Positions 1-13,848 of a stretch of DNA of 64,000 nt are shown piece after piece. The stretch comes from Kondoa subrosea. Its lineage: Eukaryota. The notes under the pieces were generated by a model that did not search any database, was not told where the DNA came from, and saw only the letters and a program-made list of their open reading frames with translations. A program made the translations under genes and the position numbers. The stretch is from the NCBI GenBank assembly GCA_039545335.1, contig BCIN01000007.1:186001-250000 (forward strand), read 5' to 3'. How positions within the stretch are numbered: position 1 is the first letter of the stretch; each line of letters starts with the position of its first letter.

Positions 1-842
1 GGATCGGAACTGATCAATCCATAGAGGAAAAACATATCAGTGGCTTGCTGAGCAGACAAAGGATCTATGGGTCAGTACAAGCACGACAAAGGGACTTGAT
101 TTGATGCAACCAAACAGGTGTCTGAGCTTGACTTGCGTCCTTCTCAAGAGAAGTGGTAAGAAAGATGCGCGAATAGCAGTAAATGCTTGTACAATAGACT
201 GTGTGACCTGCAATGCTGCCGCAAACCAAATATTGCATAACCGATGCTTACGTAATGGCGCTGTCATGCTTCGAAGGCCATCTTGCTCAGCAACGCGACT
301 ATAGTCAGTGACATATCCCTCTGCAACGCGGCTCTTCAGGTTGTTCTGTCTCGTGCCACAATAGCAGCCAGTCTGGAAAGTCAATTGATCTTGAAATTGA
401 AACATACGAACTTGAAGTAGCAAGTCTATCCCGTTTGCTAGATTTCTTTGCAAAAGGCCAACGCCGCACAGGCTGCTGCAGTTTCTGATACAATTCCCTC
501 TCAACTCCTTCCCTTTCTTTCCTAGGCTCTTAGAGATTGCGCAAGATGAATCGCATGCAAGGCATGTGACTCTTTCTGACAATCAAATACAGTAGCTGAT
601 GCTCTCTCTTAGATTCTTTCTCGGGTCTGATGGGACTGCCCTGTAAGAAGTTGCTGAAGCGCAATGAGGATCAAGCTCAAGCAGGCTCACCATAGACTTC
701 AAGCCTCTGACAATGATAAATATCTCGTCTATCTGCGCAACCGAAAGATTGCTGCAATGTCGATTACTTGGCCCACATGCGTGTTCCGTCAAACCAAAAT
801 TCATGAAAGACCCAAAGATCGCTACTGATCTATCGCCCGAAG

Positions 843-1969
843 ATTTTCAACGACGCAAGCAGCTTATCGAAGACTTTGAAATACCCTGAGCTCGCTTCGA
901 TGCAATGGACGCCTATATTGTATGCTTGGGAGTTATACAAAGGTGAATCGCCCGACAAATACATGTCACTGTTCTAACAGATTCTTGATAATTTACCTCA
1001 GGCTGCGCAAAGACGCAACTAGACTTTGGAGGCATGGTCTGGATCGATAACACTCTGACTCGCTTCTTCTATGTACAAATTGGATATCAACCTCAATGCA
1101 ATTGCGGAAATCGGTTTCATGGAGACTATAAAGCTCTTGCACAATTTCACTCTATGCGTTTACTGAATCTAGCAACTTATCTTCAGGAGAAAAAAGATGC
1201 TCTAGCTCCGGAATGGTGAGCAACTCGCATTGACATACATCATGCATAAGCTTATTCAGACATAGGATCAGAGCGTGCGTCAAAGTGATATCTTGTCTGT
1301 TTCCAGGTTGAACTTATTTACATTGGGTAGCACGTTCACGACGACCGATGCGCAAAAATGGGGTGAGGACGGTCTGAAATCCCGAAAGCTTGACTTAGAA
1401 GCAAACAGATCCCAGTTTCTTAGCTGATTGGAACAAGCCTAGCAAGAATTCGTCGAAAGTCACTCACTACAATGCTTCAGACCTTAAACCTCTGTTGAAA
1501 AGCAAAGTCAGGCTGATCTTTGTCTTGCTGAATCTCAAATGCTAAGAGTTTGACTCAGGATCTCAATGGTATTGGCGCGATTCTTAATCTCGGCGATATC
1601 AAGGATGTGCCACAACCGTGAGTATTTACGAAAAGCTCAGATTGCGAGCTGATCGATCGGATCAGAGGTATAAAGGAGAAAGTCCTAGATGATGCAGCAG
1701 ATACGAAGTCAAGACACGTGGCTCCAGTATTCATCGACGAAGCGAATGCTTCAGTCAAGCGAGAATGCTTCGGATGTCAAGAAGTGTTTCCTAGAGATCA
1801 ATGCAAGCAATGTAAGTTATTATGATTACACATCTCATCAGACCTGCCTGAATGTGATGGATGCGCAGGTTCTCGGTGCAGGCTGGCCTATTACTGTAGT
1901 GTAGCCTGCCAATCCTCACACTGGCCTTTGCATAAACCGTATTGTAAAAAGTTCAAAGCCAATGAATGA
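843..1969 (+). CDS. MYND-type zinc finger protein (multi-exon; 5' end uncertain)
   Basis: Spliced 3' exons read ECFGCQEVFPRDQCKQC|SRCRLAYYCSVACQSSHWPLHKPYC, the MYND CxxC..CxxC..YCSxxCQxxHWxxHKxxC signature; stop TGA 1967-1969. Upstream exons include ORF 1034-1219. Start codon not resolved. Confidence 0.75.
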
Positions 1970-2227
1970 ATGAATGACGAGCTTGACGAAGCAAAGTGCT
2001 GTTGTCGGCGGTCGCATTGGCTGATCTTCTTCAGAACCTCTTCCTAGAAACTGTTTTCGTTAAGGGTATGGGGGTGTGAAATGTTGAACACAACTAACAA
2101 CCGGCTTTTGAGTTATCTGATCCGAAGTGACTTGTTTGTGCTCCACGATTCCACAGAAAAAGCACAGAGCGCGTAAGTCTGCCGTACTACACCATATATA
2201 TGCTTTGATCATGAACCCTTGACAGCA

Positions 2228-2975
2228 ATGAACGACTCCGACAATACTTCGTCTTTCTTCAATTTCGGAGCTCAACCGTTCTGGAGTCCACAAGATCAGC
2301 CTCTGTACACTTCTGACCTATCTCCTTTTGGTCTTTACGACTCTCTCTGCACTTCAACCGGATCAAGCAGTCTCGAAAACGAATTGGCCAATATGCAATA
2401 CTCAGCATCGCAAATCTTGCAGCAAACCTCAATCCAAGCGCAGCAACTAGATCTACTCTCCTTCCCTGATCTAAATTTACATTTTCAACCTTTTGCATCT
2501 ACTTCTTCAGCTAACTCTTTCCAAGCTCTGGATTCCTCTACCCTTCCTACCCTTCCCGAAGCATCTTCCACTAACAAACCTACTCGCTCGAAGAGAGCTT
2601 CTACCTCCTCTTCTTCTGCTCTCCCACAGTCGATTCCGAGCGACGAAGAACCTCTTTATGTCAACGCAAAGCAGTATCATCGAATCATGCATCGTCGAGC
2701 TGCTCGAGCAAGATTAGCAGAAGTTCATAGATTAGCTACAGAGCGCAAGGTGTGTCCAGTCTGCTTTCCTTTCATCTTTGTTCTTCAGGCTGACTATGGG
2801 ATTTCAGCCATATATGCATGAATCGAGACATAAACATGCATGTAGAAGACCAAGAGGTGCTGGAGGTCGATTCTTGACTGCCGAAGAATTGAAACTCATG
2901 CGAGATCAAACGCAAGCAGGAGAACAAGAAGTTCAAACTCCACTTTTTGATGCTCCTTCACCTTTGATTGGTTAG
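2228..2975 (+). CDS. HAP2: CCAAT-binding factor subunit B (NF-YA)
   Basis: EEPLYVNAKQYHRIMHRRAARARL and PYMHESRHKHACRRPRGAGGRFLT joined by one intron (2750-2808). Confidence 0.95.
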
Positions 2976-3413
2976 GGATTTGATATATGTCATTGAGGAT
3001 TGGGTCTGAGAAAGGAGCAAGCAGAAAGATGAACGAAGAAGTTGCCAACCTAAGGGGACCGAAGGAAAGAAATAGGATAACTTATTGATATGCGGTATAT
3101 TATGATGATTTGAAAATGGATGTAGATAAGTGCTTTCGAAGTGCCTTAGTGAAATATCAGACACAAGCGCTGGGTAACAGCTGTTCCAAGATCTGACTCA
3201 AGCATGTAGACAATAGAAGATCACAAGAACAAGAGAATTCGACCAAACCAATCATACATCGTCGACGAGTGCTCAACGTTCGACGATCGAGTACACAGAG
3301 ACATGTCCTGTCCACGGAGACGAATGGCACATCTGTAAAGACAGAGACGCTCTGAGCTACGAAGCAGCACAGACATCCTCATCCTCACCTCTTTAATACG
3401 TCAGTGCATTGTG

Positions 3414-4689
3414 CTACATCTCTTCGACAGACCATTTATAGGCCTCCGCGTCTCTCTGTGAGTGAGCAAAGCATTTAGCTGTGCAACGAACAGAAGTGAG
3501 CAATGCAAACTGACGATCTTTTGCATGTTGCCCCTTTGCAGGAACTGTCCAAAGAAAAAGCCACATTAGCTGTGAATACCAGCATGTCAACTTTTTTATC
3601 GGACCTGTTTCTCGAACTGAAGAAGGCGGACATCAGCTTATAATCAGAGCACAATTACAAGGCAACGTACGCCTGTAGACCGATCGACACCATCCCATCT
3701 ATAGCCTGGCTTGATCCCAAAGCGGTTCGGAGGCGGAGGTGGACCTTTGTATGCTGGTCGAGAGGGTTGCTTCGATTTCTTGGAGGTGCCCTGTTACAGG
3801 AGCATCAGCAGATATACTCAAAGCACTTGTGAATGACATGCAGTCAAGAATTGTGCTGCTGGATCATTCCAACGCTGATTCTCTCTTAGTTCGTCATTGA
3901 GATCCTGATCATCAGCGTATCTGTGCGATGTCACGAAAAAGAACGCATCAGCCAAAGCTAATTCGTTCACTGAAAGCGCACCTTGCAACAGGTTTAGCAG
4001 CCATTTCTTCTTCATCCCGTTTGCGCTTCTCTCGATCTTCGCGCTGGACAAGACCTTTACCCCATTCCATCTTCTCCATGTCTTTAGCTTGCTTCTCTCT
4101 TTCCGCTCTTTTCGCTTCCGCTTTCTCTCTCTTTGTATCTCTAGCTCTTCCACTCGCATCACGATGAACGGTCTCATCCTGTTCTTCTCCCGCTTCTTCA
4201 GCTTTCTTTCGTCTCTCTTCCATTTCCCTCAATGCCTTCCTTTTCGCTTTCTCTTCTGCTTTCTTTCTTGCTGCTGTCTCTTCGGCTAATTGGGCAGCAG
4301 ATTGCAAACCACCGACTAATTTGTTAGGTATGACTATAGGTTGATCATCATCCAAATCTGGTGAGGGTTCTTTGGCTTTGGCTGCGGCTACAGCAGGATT
4401 GATAGGTTTGAAAGTAGCTTTCGATCTGTTCTCCACAACTGTATCACATAGCATATTCTGTAAGTATTGCATTCATTCTCCACTGAGATTGCAGAACGCA
4501 ACTTGTAGCTTGTTCCTCTTCCTCATATCGAGCAGAAGATCGCCAATCGTCAGTATCATGATCCACAATGAATCCAGAACCACTGGTATTGATAGCGACG
4601 GGTGCAGCGTTGACTAGCTTTCGCTTCTTTTTCTTGCGCGCTTCCATAGCTTCCGCTTTGGCACCTGACATATACTTTGAGAGGTCCAT
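3414..4689 (-). CDS. BUD13: Pre-mRNA splicing factor of the RES complex (Bud13/Cwc26)
   Basis: [71 protein letters not shown]; multi-exon, including a 12-nt exon. Confidence 0.92.
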
Positions 4690-4830
4690 AGCGTGTGTTA
4701 GGTATGATCCAGCTGGGAATGGGTATAGATGATGGTTTAGGGTCAAGCAATGTTGAAAGTAAATATCGAAGTGACGCTCGGAGTTGAGCAATTCAAAGAC
4801 GACCAGCATCAATACTTTCACTACACGCGA

Positions 4831-7800
4831 CTAGTACTCGAACGATTCCAGCATATTCGATAGAGACGAGGCAATGATGTTGTTTGGGCATCTTTGTAGC
4901 AGTTCTCTGTTACTTTTCTCTCAGTATCATACAGTATGGAAGCAGACGGGACATACTGCAGCTTCTTCTTGTCTCCTCTCGCTTTGCATTCTTCGCCAGC
5001 TTTCAGCCATTCACCAGTCTTTACGTACAATTCCACACGGTTCTTGACATCGCAACGTGGAACGAAAGCGACGGCTTGACGGTGGTTACCATGAGCTGCG
5101 AGATGTTCTACAAAAGGCTGTGCGAAAGAACAATCGTTATCACAGGACAGTGATTCAACGATGATCAAACGCACCTCATATCCGATTGGGCTCTTCTTAC
5201 TTTTTGCCATCGCTTCCAGTGACTCCCAGTCTCGTACTTCAGTCAGCGCCTTGAGCTTGATATACCAGAATCTGTCGAACAATCGCTGCATTTGAGCTTG
5301 TAAGAAAGCAAAAATGCAGCAAATAACGAACCGCTTCTCAGGCACTTTCCAATCCGTCTTAATCTTATCCGCTTTCTTTGACCAACCCAATATCAGACAT
5401 TGCCGTATCGTTTCATTCACACTCAGGCCAACCAAAGATCTTCGACCGTCCGATTCTTTCTCCAGAACTTGCTGATAAGCCATAAGTTTCAATTGCTCAT
5501 CAACCATCTTGATCCATTCAATATCAGTAAAACATCGTCGAAAACAAGTGATGTTAGCTCACTTTAGCTTCAAATGTTCTTTCTCTATCTTCACTGAAGA
5601 ACTTCCCAGCTTGTTTAACTCTACTCATCTTCTCTGCAATATCGTCCACTACTTTACTTTCCTCCAGAACTAGCAAAGCAGAATCCAACCGTCGATCATC
5701 TTGGTAGTTGAAATCTCTCAACAATTCCCTCGCGTTGTCTTTGGCGTATAATTTGAACAGAGGAATACTGGCAGGCTGTTTATCTAAAAATTTAAAGAGA
5801 TTCGAAGGGGAGTGAGAACGTTTGAGATGCAGAAGTACAGAGTAAACTAGGTCTGGATCAGATGAGGAAAGAGCTTTGTTCAGAGCGGAGGAATCTTCCT
5901 TCATGCTCAGCAGTAAGGGAACTTGTTTGGACGCTCGGGTTTCATGCTCAAGTAGCTGTACGATATCCGAACACAGCACTTAGCTAATATTGGAGTGAGG
6001 CAACAGAATTCACGTACCTTTGTCGCTAAACCAGTTTGACCTTTCTCCCAAGCTGTTCGAGCAACATCTGCACATCCAACATCCGCTTGACCTTTGAGAC
6101 GAGAGACGATCACTTCGCACAGTCTAGCAACATCGTCTGCACTACCGCCTTTCGCGCTGGTTACTTTAGATGCTGCCCAGTGCTTGAGTACTGGTGCAGT
6201 AGATATCGACAGGTAGCCAGCTATCCGAAGGGACAGAAGATGTAACGAGCGAGTAATCAGTCTGGAAACGAATTGTGTAGGTGATGATTTGATGTACCTG
6301 TGAGCGACTTGCTGAATACCAAACTAGAGTCACAAGCGAATGGATGCTTACTGGTCATAAGTAATCGGGATACCAACTTCATAGTATCGTGCAGCATTAA
6401 GCACTCTCAGATTCTTGGACATATTGACGAAATCGGTAGGATTATAAAGATCGAGGAAATTCTTGCCAAAGGAAGCGGCCTGTGCCGGTAATAGAAGCAA
6501 CAACATCAGCTGAAACCTGATACTGTTGCTATTATCGCACCTTGAGTAAGCGACGCTGCCAATATGCATCGAATTCTTTTCCAGCTGCATCGATACAAGT
6601 ATCCACAGCCGAAACCAAATCAGCTCGGATATTGCGAATGTTCTCGTCAGCTTTCGGACTCTTCTTGTCGAATTCTTCTGCCGCTTCGTATAAAACAGCA
6701 GCAGGTGACGTCGAACCGGGTCGAAAGATGCTCAATGTAGATTCTGCCGTTGTGGTCAAAGCTTTCAGCTGTGTTCGGCAAAAGACCAGACTTCGACTGA
6801 CCTGGAACTTTCTGAACGAACTCGCACTTCTCTTTACTTATGATTCTTGCGCCATCTACTTCGCTTATTAGATGAACAGCATCAAAATAGTCAAATCTAG
6901 CAAACGGAGGGATCAGGCTTGATCATGAGCGTAGCTCATGCGCACCTCAGTACGTCCCCATATGGCCCAACCATGATTACTGAATCACCCCAAGACAAAA
7001 GAACCGTATTGCTACCACACCAACAAGCTTCTTTGGGCGGTTGACCAGACTCCGCTTCAACTGTTAAATCATACTCTGACAAATTCTTGGTGAAGTCAGA
7101 AGATACGACCAAGAGTTGTTGTTTGCCTGTAGCAGAGGTAGCAGCAGTAACAAGAGCGACAAATCTTCCATTAGGTGAAGGCAAGATTTGAGTGTAAGGA
7201 CCACTTCTGAGATGTTGATCTTGGCTATCGAGTGCATCCAGAAGAACAAGAGTATCGGCTACGCTGATCAGGACTTCTACCTGTCTTGATGCGCTTTCCT
7301 CTGGTGGTATTGCGATCCAACATATTGGAACTTCGCTGATTCCTGGATCTGCCAATCTGGTGACCATCCCTCTTTGACCTGAACTTTCTCCCGAGTTCTC
7401 TTGCCCCATAGTAAAATCTTGAGATTCAGGCCAGCCATTGACATGAACAAAGGTCAAAGAGCCAAGTAGAGCTACCATGCCAGATTCGAAGATTTTCGCT
7501 TCCACTACTCCCGAATCCGCTGCTTCTGATCCCAAAGAGTGTTGAGAGTAGCCAGCAGAAGTAGTAGGCGTGGAATCTACTGTCAAAGGGTACAGTCGAT
7601 AATTCCCATCTTGCATAAGTATGACGAGACTTTCGTTGGCTGTAAACCCAAAGCAAACGATCTTGGCTAGAACAGTATTATCCCATACGATTGTTTGAAG
7701 CAGTACACCAGAAGAAGAATAGATGTAGATTCGAGGTTTGCCTATGGCTTGCTTGCCTTGGACCAGTTGAGGCTTTGACGAGTCCCTCATCAGAGCAACA

Positions 7801-7940
7801 GGTCCGCCGTTCCGTGCACTAGCTATCGTGAAATCATTCAAGTCGCTATGCAGATCCCAGAGCATTGAGTACAACTCTTCTCTGCGATAGAAAACGCTGC
7901 CCAGAGCTTCCCAGCTCGCTGTAGGTGCTGCCCGACTCAT
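4831..7940 (-). CDS. VPS16: Vacuolar protein sorting Vps16 (HOPS/CORVET)
   Basis: [93 protein letters not shown]. Confidence 0.95.
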
Positions 7941-8115
7941 ATTTGTGATATCTTGCCTCGCGGAGATATACAGCTAGCCTTGGTAACTGTAACAAGTTCG
8001 CGGTGCCCAGACAAGGAGCAAGCCAAACAAACCAATAAGTATACGGTCATAGCAATTCATATATTAACAGCATGAGCAGTATGAGGGTTACAACAATACT
8101 TTACAGATCTCGTGA

Positions 8116-9901
8116 TCATGCTTGAATCCTTGTCATACAATTGCGTACAATATGATGACGCTTTCTCATGGTATTGAAGTTCAGAATCTGGCATTTCTCT
8201 ATCAGTAAGATGGAGCAGACAGATAAATCATGCGTACTGGAAAGTCCTGCTTTGGTATTGCTGGCGCTGTGGTATATCACTGTCGAAAGAAGGATTGGCT
8301 GATATTGCATAACGAGAGACATCGAGTATTTGAGACGAGCGAGATGATCGAGAAGTAGTGGAAGGGTACAATGATTGACTACTGTCAGAATAAGATGCCA
8401 TGCGCGGAGTCTGAGGATGATCGTGAGTTGGACGCGATCTGGAGTTATCTTCGGTGTAGGAAAAGACTTTCGATGCTTGACCACGACGCTCAGGTGAAAG
8501 ATCACGCGCACTATAGTATGACGAGGCTGATGATTGAGAAGAGCCAGTATCGAAAGAGGAGTCGAGAGCCAGAGCCGAAATCCGATTGTTGCGCCTTTCC
8601 AGATCCGAAGGAGAAGAGATAGAGAAAGCATCGCGAGCTTGAGGCTGAAGGACAGTGGGGAATTGAGGCGACAGCTGCTGAGGAGAATTCATGAATGCAG
8701 ATCCGGGTTGCGGCAAGACTAGCATAGCATCGAATCTTGAGGCCAAATTATCTGGGGAGTATCGATCTTGGCTATAGGTTCGTCTTGACTGGGGTAGAGG
8801 TAGAGATGAGGATTGCATGAGCTTGCTTGTCGAAGGAGATCTTCTGTTGGAACCGACCTCACTGTCGCTGAGGGTGCGCCGGAGTTTCCGGAGTTGCGTG
8901 CTTTCATCAACCAAACCGATTGCATTCAACAATGTAGCGCTATTTTCAAGGCCTGTGAATATATTAGCGATTAGCCGTAAGCACAAGAAGAAGCAATGGC
9001 AAACCTTGCGCGACAGCTCTTGTGTCCTGTCTATTGTAAGCCTGCAGTGTATCAGCCACAGCGTTATCTGCTGTCCGAATTTGTCCAACAGATGCTGACA
9101 TGGCCCTAGGTGATGTGAAAGAAACAGGGCGATAATAGGGAGGCCGAAGAAGTTCTTCTCTCAAGAGCTTGATCTGCCTTGTAGCTTTGAGCAAAGCCTC
9201 TCCTAGATCGTCGAGTCGATCGCGAGTATCAACTCTGTGATCATAGAAATCGTTTTGCAAATTGAGGAGGGACGATTGCAACCCATTCATTTGGCCCGAC
9301 GTGCGATACGAGTTTATACCCAGTGAGAGCACAGAAAGAGTCTGCCTCAATAGATTTAGCGACCGGAACCTCGTCAGAGATAGCCTTACATTGGTCCAAG
9401 CCAGATGTTCGGCTAGATACTTCTCTAGTTGCTTGATTTCTTTGCGAACATCATTTCGACGTCTGAAGTCCGATAAATGAGCCCGAAGCCTGTCGATTCT
9501 TCTTGAATCGCCTGATGCGGGCAACAGCCTGTTTAAAGAGGAATAAATGCTTTGAAGCCTGTTTAGATATCAGCTTCGAATCTAAACGCGCAAATACCAA
9601 TGGCTTACCTGTTCCTCAATGAGCTGATTTCGTTGCCTATTTCCTGTATGTCTCTACTTCCCTCGCCAGAGTTCAATAAGTCGACCAAACTCGACCAGAT
9701 TGGCTCTAAACGAATGATGCGTTGACTCGTAATGGAGCAGAGATCCGCCAGATCCGCATTGTTCTCTTGTACCTATTATGTTGATACGTGAGTCGAAAAA
9801 GAAACTTATCAACCCTTGGCGTCACGAACCAACTGAATCTGATCTTTCAACCATCTAGCGATATCGACACAGACAAGAATCACATCTAGAGCTTCAGACA
9901 T
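8116..9901 (-). CDS. Hypothetical protein with N-terminal helical-bundle (MLKL/RPW8-like) domain and Ser-rich disordered tail
   Basis: ATG 9901; spliced N-terminus MSEALDVILVCVDIARWLKDQIQL|VQENNADLADLCSITSQRIIRLE...; continues through ORFs 8964-9524 and 8228-9088. 3' end approximate. Confidence 0.55.
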
Positions 9902-10582
9902 GAAGGTTGATCAGAGATAACACGGCGCATCTGAAGATGCTGTTAAAGCTAGTGTAATGCGGGACTTACGGCGTAATCAGTTCCGGTCATTCAGACAAAA
10001 CACGCGATGCAAATTCGTACGTATGATTCAGATGTGAATGTTGCCTCATAAGAGTGCAGATGGAGAGTGTTCAAAGGTGCCTGTCATAGCATGAAGTAAA
10101 TGAGTCAAATGTGAGTTGTGCTAAAAACGTTCTCTTCTTTGGCTCGATGTCCCAATGACAAGAAGAAGCGCCTTCCCATCAAAGAGGAGCAAAGAGGAAA
10201 GAGATAGCTGAGGCAAAAACAGCCGAGTTTGGCTTCAGCCGACGAGGGTGTGGTGAAATGCGAAAGAAGGACAGATAAACACTAGCCCCGGAAGCCTGCG
10301 GCGGATGGGCAGTCTGAAGTAGAATGCAACAGACACTTCACCAGAATTACTGTACGTTCCAAATTTAGCCATTTGCGAAATGAAAGCTAGTAGTACAAGG
10401 TTTTGCCATCGGTTACAGCATTGTCGACGACTGATCTGCAGAGAAGCAGGCGCAGTGCATCTCCACACGGCTGCAGATAAGGCGCTCCACTGCTGCGTGT
10501 GCAAACCGAGTTGCATTCTCGTTCCGAAGTCTTGCAATGTTGCTCCCAAACTATCAAGCACGCACAAGCTAGCTAATCAAAT

Positions 10583-11369
10583 ATGAATGGGATTCAGCAA
10601 GTCAAGACCTATGTGACTTTAGGAACAGCAGCCGCTGGTATTGTAAGCAGACAAGGTGCTGCTCGAGATTCGGGTTGTGGACCTCACGCATGAGAGCAGA
10701 TGACTGGCCTCACTTTGAGCTACAATGTGATTGTCATGCCGGCTCTGCGGTGAGTTGGTCATTGAAAGCAAAGTGAAGGACAGTGATCTGCAACTCCGAT
10801 AACAGCGGATCAACCTCCTTGAACGACGAGAACAAGATGGAGCTCTTCACCTGGGGTATCTTCTCGTCTCGCTTCCCCTCTTTCTCAATTTGAAAAGGCT
10901 ATACAGCTTATCGTCGCGGTGCCATGTCTATGCCGCCCACAGCAGTTGCTATCTGTCTTGCGTACGGAATGGCAGCATACAGAGTCGGTTCCAGTAACTC
11001 GTACTTCAGATTGCTGGTATGCGTTTAATCATAGAATATCGACAATGTGCTCAGACATGGTCGATCAGGCTGCAGGAGCTCTATCTGCTGTCCTCATAGT
11101 ACCGTGAGTCAGCTTACAGCCGCTGAGCGCACAGGCTGAAGTTGCCATAGCTGGACTGTGGCCATCATGAAGCCCACAAAGTCAGATTCTGTGATTTTAC
11201 CATTGTTTCAAGCTCATCTCTTTGCAGCGATCGATTGCACAAGAAGAGCGGCACTCCATCGTCAACAGAGATCAACAGCTTGCTCGAAAAGTGGGTCTCT
11301 ATGCATGCCGTTCGGATCAGTCTTTCAGCAATTTCCTTGATCTGCGGTGCTCTGGTTATGGTCTCATAA
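10583..11369 (+). CDS. DUF1772 / anthrone oxygenase-like membrane protein, paralog 1
   Basis: Six-exon reconstruction MNGIQQVKTYVTLGTAAAGI|MTGLTLSYNVIVMPALR|GSTSLNDENKMELFTW|AYRRG...|..VP|WTVAIMKPT|NDRL..LLEKWVSMHAVR; P-x-T-x3-M-x-P-x-N and W-x3-H-x2-R motifs. Confidence 0.8.
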
Positions 11370-11891
11370 TCGATGAGGATATATACCTAACTTTCTGGCA
11401 GTGATGTTATGCATGCCAATAAGTATCTTGTTGCGAAGCCTCCGACCAAGCTTGCATTTCCTCTTGTCGAGCTGTACCATGTCTCCCTATACTACCGCTT
11501 TCAATAGCGATAAAGCAATCTCTTCCCTTGCTCCGTTTTCACCGTGCTCACTCTCCATCGCCTTTCTGGTATCCCAAGCATCCTTTGAATTTGGAATTGA
11601 AGCGGAAGTCAACTAAAGAGCAATTGTGTAAATGCTGAATACGTTCCGAAACTTGCGCTGTGGATCCCCTTCAAAGACTTGCAGCAAGGCTCGCACGAGA
11701 TGGCGTGTTCTGTACAATACGGACGAGTATTGCGGGTCAATGGATCCGCTTCGGATTCGGCAAAGACTTATGCGGTGTTTTTTTTCGGCCTTGCTCAGTA
11801 AGCGACCACGTCTGGTATATTATTGATTTCTTTCCATCTTCTTTCCTTCTCTTATCATACTTTGCAACCACGCAAGCCTTCACAAACTATC

Positions 11892-12700
11892 ATGGCCAGT
11901 ATTGAAGACGTCAAGATGTACATCGCTTTGGGAACCGCTACTGCTGGAATAGTAAGTCTCAAGTTCTGGTCTTTGCATTCTAGGGCTGATTCAAAATCGA
12001 TTTGTAGTTGACTGGCTTCGCAATGAACTATAGCGTTGTACTTATGCCTGCCCTATCGTAAGCGTGGAATTCTTTCAGATGTTGCTTTGCCTTTTAACAC
12101 CTCGTGCTGTACAGACGCGGCTCATCCTTCAAGGACGAGAACAAGCTTGAACTGATGGCTTAGGGTGCGATATTGGTCTCCTTAAGGGAAGTCCGAAATT
12201 GACTCTCGTCCGGTCTCAGGTCATTTTCGGGGTGTTTGGGTCGCAGAGCCAACATTCATCACATCAATAATCACTTATGGTATAGCAGCATACAAGTTGG
12301 GAGCCAAGAGCCAATATTTCAATCTTGTTGTACGTTTTTCGCATCGTAGAGCAATTTTCGAGCGAGCTAATGTATTTGAGCAGCTCATAGGAGCTTTGTC
12401 ATCCTTCGCTGTTATCCCGTAAGCCTAGATCTAATCATCTGCTATTCTGATGCAATCTAAACTCCTATGGAACAGCTATACTGGGATTTTCATGAAACCA
12501 ATTCAGTACGATTCCCCGTTCCTATTTCTCAATCGAGACTTATTGACTGTGCTCACAGAGATCGTCTGGAGAACAAGAGCTCTATTCCATCCTCTGCTGA
12601 AATCATCGGACTCTCGTCAAAGTGGTCATTACACCAAGCTGTTCGAATCCTTCTATCGGCAACTTCATTTGCATGTGGTTTGGCAGCGCTGACTTCGTAA
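11892..12700 (+). pseudogene. DUF1772-like membrane protein, paralog 2, with in-frame TAG at 12161-12163
   Basis: Same intron positions as paralog 1; MASIEDVKMYIALGTATAGI|LTGFAMNYSVVLMPALS|RGSSFKDENKLELMA*G|HFRG...KWSLHQAVR; the TAG aligns with Trp (TGG) of paralog 1. Confidence 0.7.
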
Positions 12701-12836
12701 ACATACGCACGGAATGAATACTCTGCGATTGTGAATCTAGCATGTTTGGATGATTTCTTCTGCTCGTATTCCCTTTGTTTGCTGTTGAGCGTGGTTCTCG
12801 CTTTGTGTTTCGCTGTACTCTTTTGCTTATACTGCC

Positions 12837-13820
12837 ATGAGAGCTCTATCAGTCCTGTCGTTTCTCTTTCTCTCTATACTGTCAATCAATGCTCAAGGTT
12901 TAGTGGGAGGTCTGCTTGATGGTGGAAAGGCTGTAGTTTCAGGTTTAGGGAATACTATGTGAGCAAGATCCTTAAAACCGTAAGGCTGTACTCAGTGTAT
13001 ATTTCAGTCCCGCGTCCCCTGAACAAAACAATCCTCCACCTCTTCCACCTGCTATCGATCCTGCAGACGGGTAAGTCAATGTCAGGAAGATGCGTTCTTT
13101 GCGCTCATATCTATTTCAGAGCACAAGGAGATATGCCGCCAGCAGACGAATTGCCTCCGGTACCTGCCTTGTATGAAAGCGCATCACAAATCGTCCGATT
13201 GACTGATTCTTATGATACGCAGATCATCAAGTGTGTTTATGCCTCCCTCAAACGAGCTACCATCAACTTCCACGACAGATCTCTCCACCTCAACTCCTCT
13301 AGTCGCCAATCCTAGCTCCACAACATCTTCGCAATCAGCTCTTCCCACTGTTTCAACTGACCCGAGAGAACTTATTCCAAGCACTTCCTCGACTTCTTCC
13401 GCCTCGACATTATTGCCCTCAACCAGTACATTGCCAACCTCTTCTCGCTTTCTCACTAGTGCGGCTCCGAAGCGTACGACCCAGGCGGAAGAAGAAGATG
13501 ATTCTCCCTTATCTACTCCAACTGAAGATCAAGTTCAGATTAAAGGTGGTCAAACAAGCATGGTCACTCAAACCTCTGCATCTCAACAGTCCAACACAGC
13601 AGAGAAGAAGAAAGACGAAAGCTTCAAGTTTGGCTTACCTTACATTATCGCTAGCGTTATTGGTGGACTCGTCTTGCTCGGCGTTGTGATAGGATCAGGT
13701 GTCATTCAATACAGAAGAAGGAAAGCAAGAGAAGAGGAGAAAGAATGGGAAGAGAATTTGATTCTGCCTGATTTGTTGAAAGAGAAGGAAAATGATGCAG
13801 TTTCGATCGAAGTCAAATGA
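12837..13820 (+). CDS. Type I membrane protein with Ser/Thr-rich ectodomain (Mid2/Wsc-like architecture)
   Basis: Signal-peptide-like MRALSVLSFLFLSILSINAQ; S/T-rich stretch; TM helix YIIASVIGGLVLLGVVIGSGVI followed by QYRRRK. Internal exon joins approximate. Confidence 0.7.
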
Positions 13821-13848
13821 TTGTAATACAATATGCGTGTGTATCTGG

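Noticed and set aside
37..582. 181-aa minus-strand ORF, possibly exons of a gene
   Set aside because: Some splice-like signals but no recognisable domain or clear start; cannot be supported.
803..889. Apparent premature TGA after ATG 803 in the MYND gene
   Set aside because: The coding frame is a different one (LKYPELASMQWTPILYAWELYKG), which splices in frame to the next exon.
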